Part shown: piece after piece, positions 63,831 to 64,000 of the stretch
How the letters are laid out: each line of letters begins with the position of its first letter
Position numbering within the stretch: position 1 is the stretch's first letter
Origin: Selaginella moellendorffii
Lineage: Eukaryota; Plantae; Lycopodiophyta
Assembly (NCBI RefSeq): GCF_000143415.4
Contig: NW_003314263.1
Span: 4,028,519 to 4,092,518, forward strand
Length of the DNA: 64,000 nucleotides
Direction: 5' to 3'
Notes under the pieces: model-generated
The model's database searches: none
Seen by the model: the letters and a program-made list of their open reading frames with translations, nothing else
Told to the model about the DNA's origin: nothing
Made by a program: the position numbers and the translations under genes

Positions 63831-64000
63831 GTTGTGAAACCCCAAAGCATGTATTACTATAGGGGGAGGGGCTGCAAGGGGTTCCAAAAGTATAGTAAAT
63901 CGAGTCTAAGACAGAATTTAAGATTGAGTTTGAGGTCGAATCCAAAATTGAGTCTAACACCAAGTCCGAATACTAATGGGATGCATGTGTTACCTTTGGG

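Overview
Plant nuclear DNA, TE-dense, with three assembly gaps (17772-17871, 21851-22426, 26296-27089). Tiny 40-60 nt introns, a PLS-type PPR gene and TTTAGGG tracts suggest a seed-free plant, most likely Selaginella (inference). Only two host genes are visible, convergent at 1.5-5.9 kb: a truncated PLS/E PPR and a divergent M1 aminopeptidase (APM1-like). The rest is nested TEs, most delimited by termini and TSDs: L1-type LINE remnants; two non-autonomous LTR elements with 1.7-1.8 kb LTRs plus solo LTRs; a decayed chromovirus; a third LTR family that contains a near-intact hAT and a Cassandra-type 5S solo LTR; and a decayed Ty3/gypsy pol. The standout is a ~12.5 kb TIR DNA transposon (18955-31423, 19-bp TIRs, AGCT TSD). 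It encodes a Sola1-like (DUF7869-type) transposase and a divergent multi-intron second gene that appears to join a degenerate DNA-methyltransferase-like fold to an FCP1/HAD phosphatase-like domain. About 20 copies of a palindrome, ATGGCRTG-N6-CAYGCCAT, lie only inside this element, many in its introns. This is a candidate transposon-encoded, sequence-specific self-regulation or anti-silencing system.
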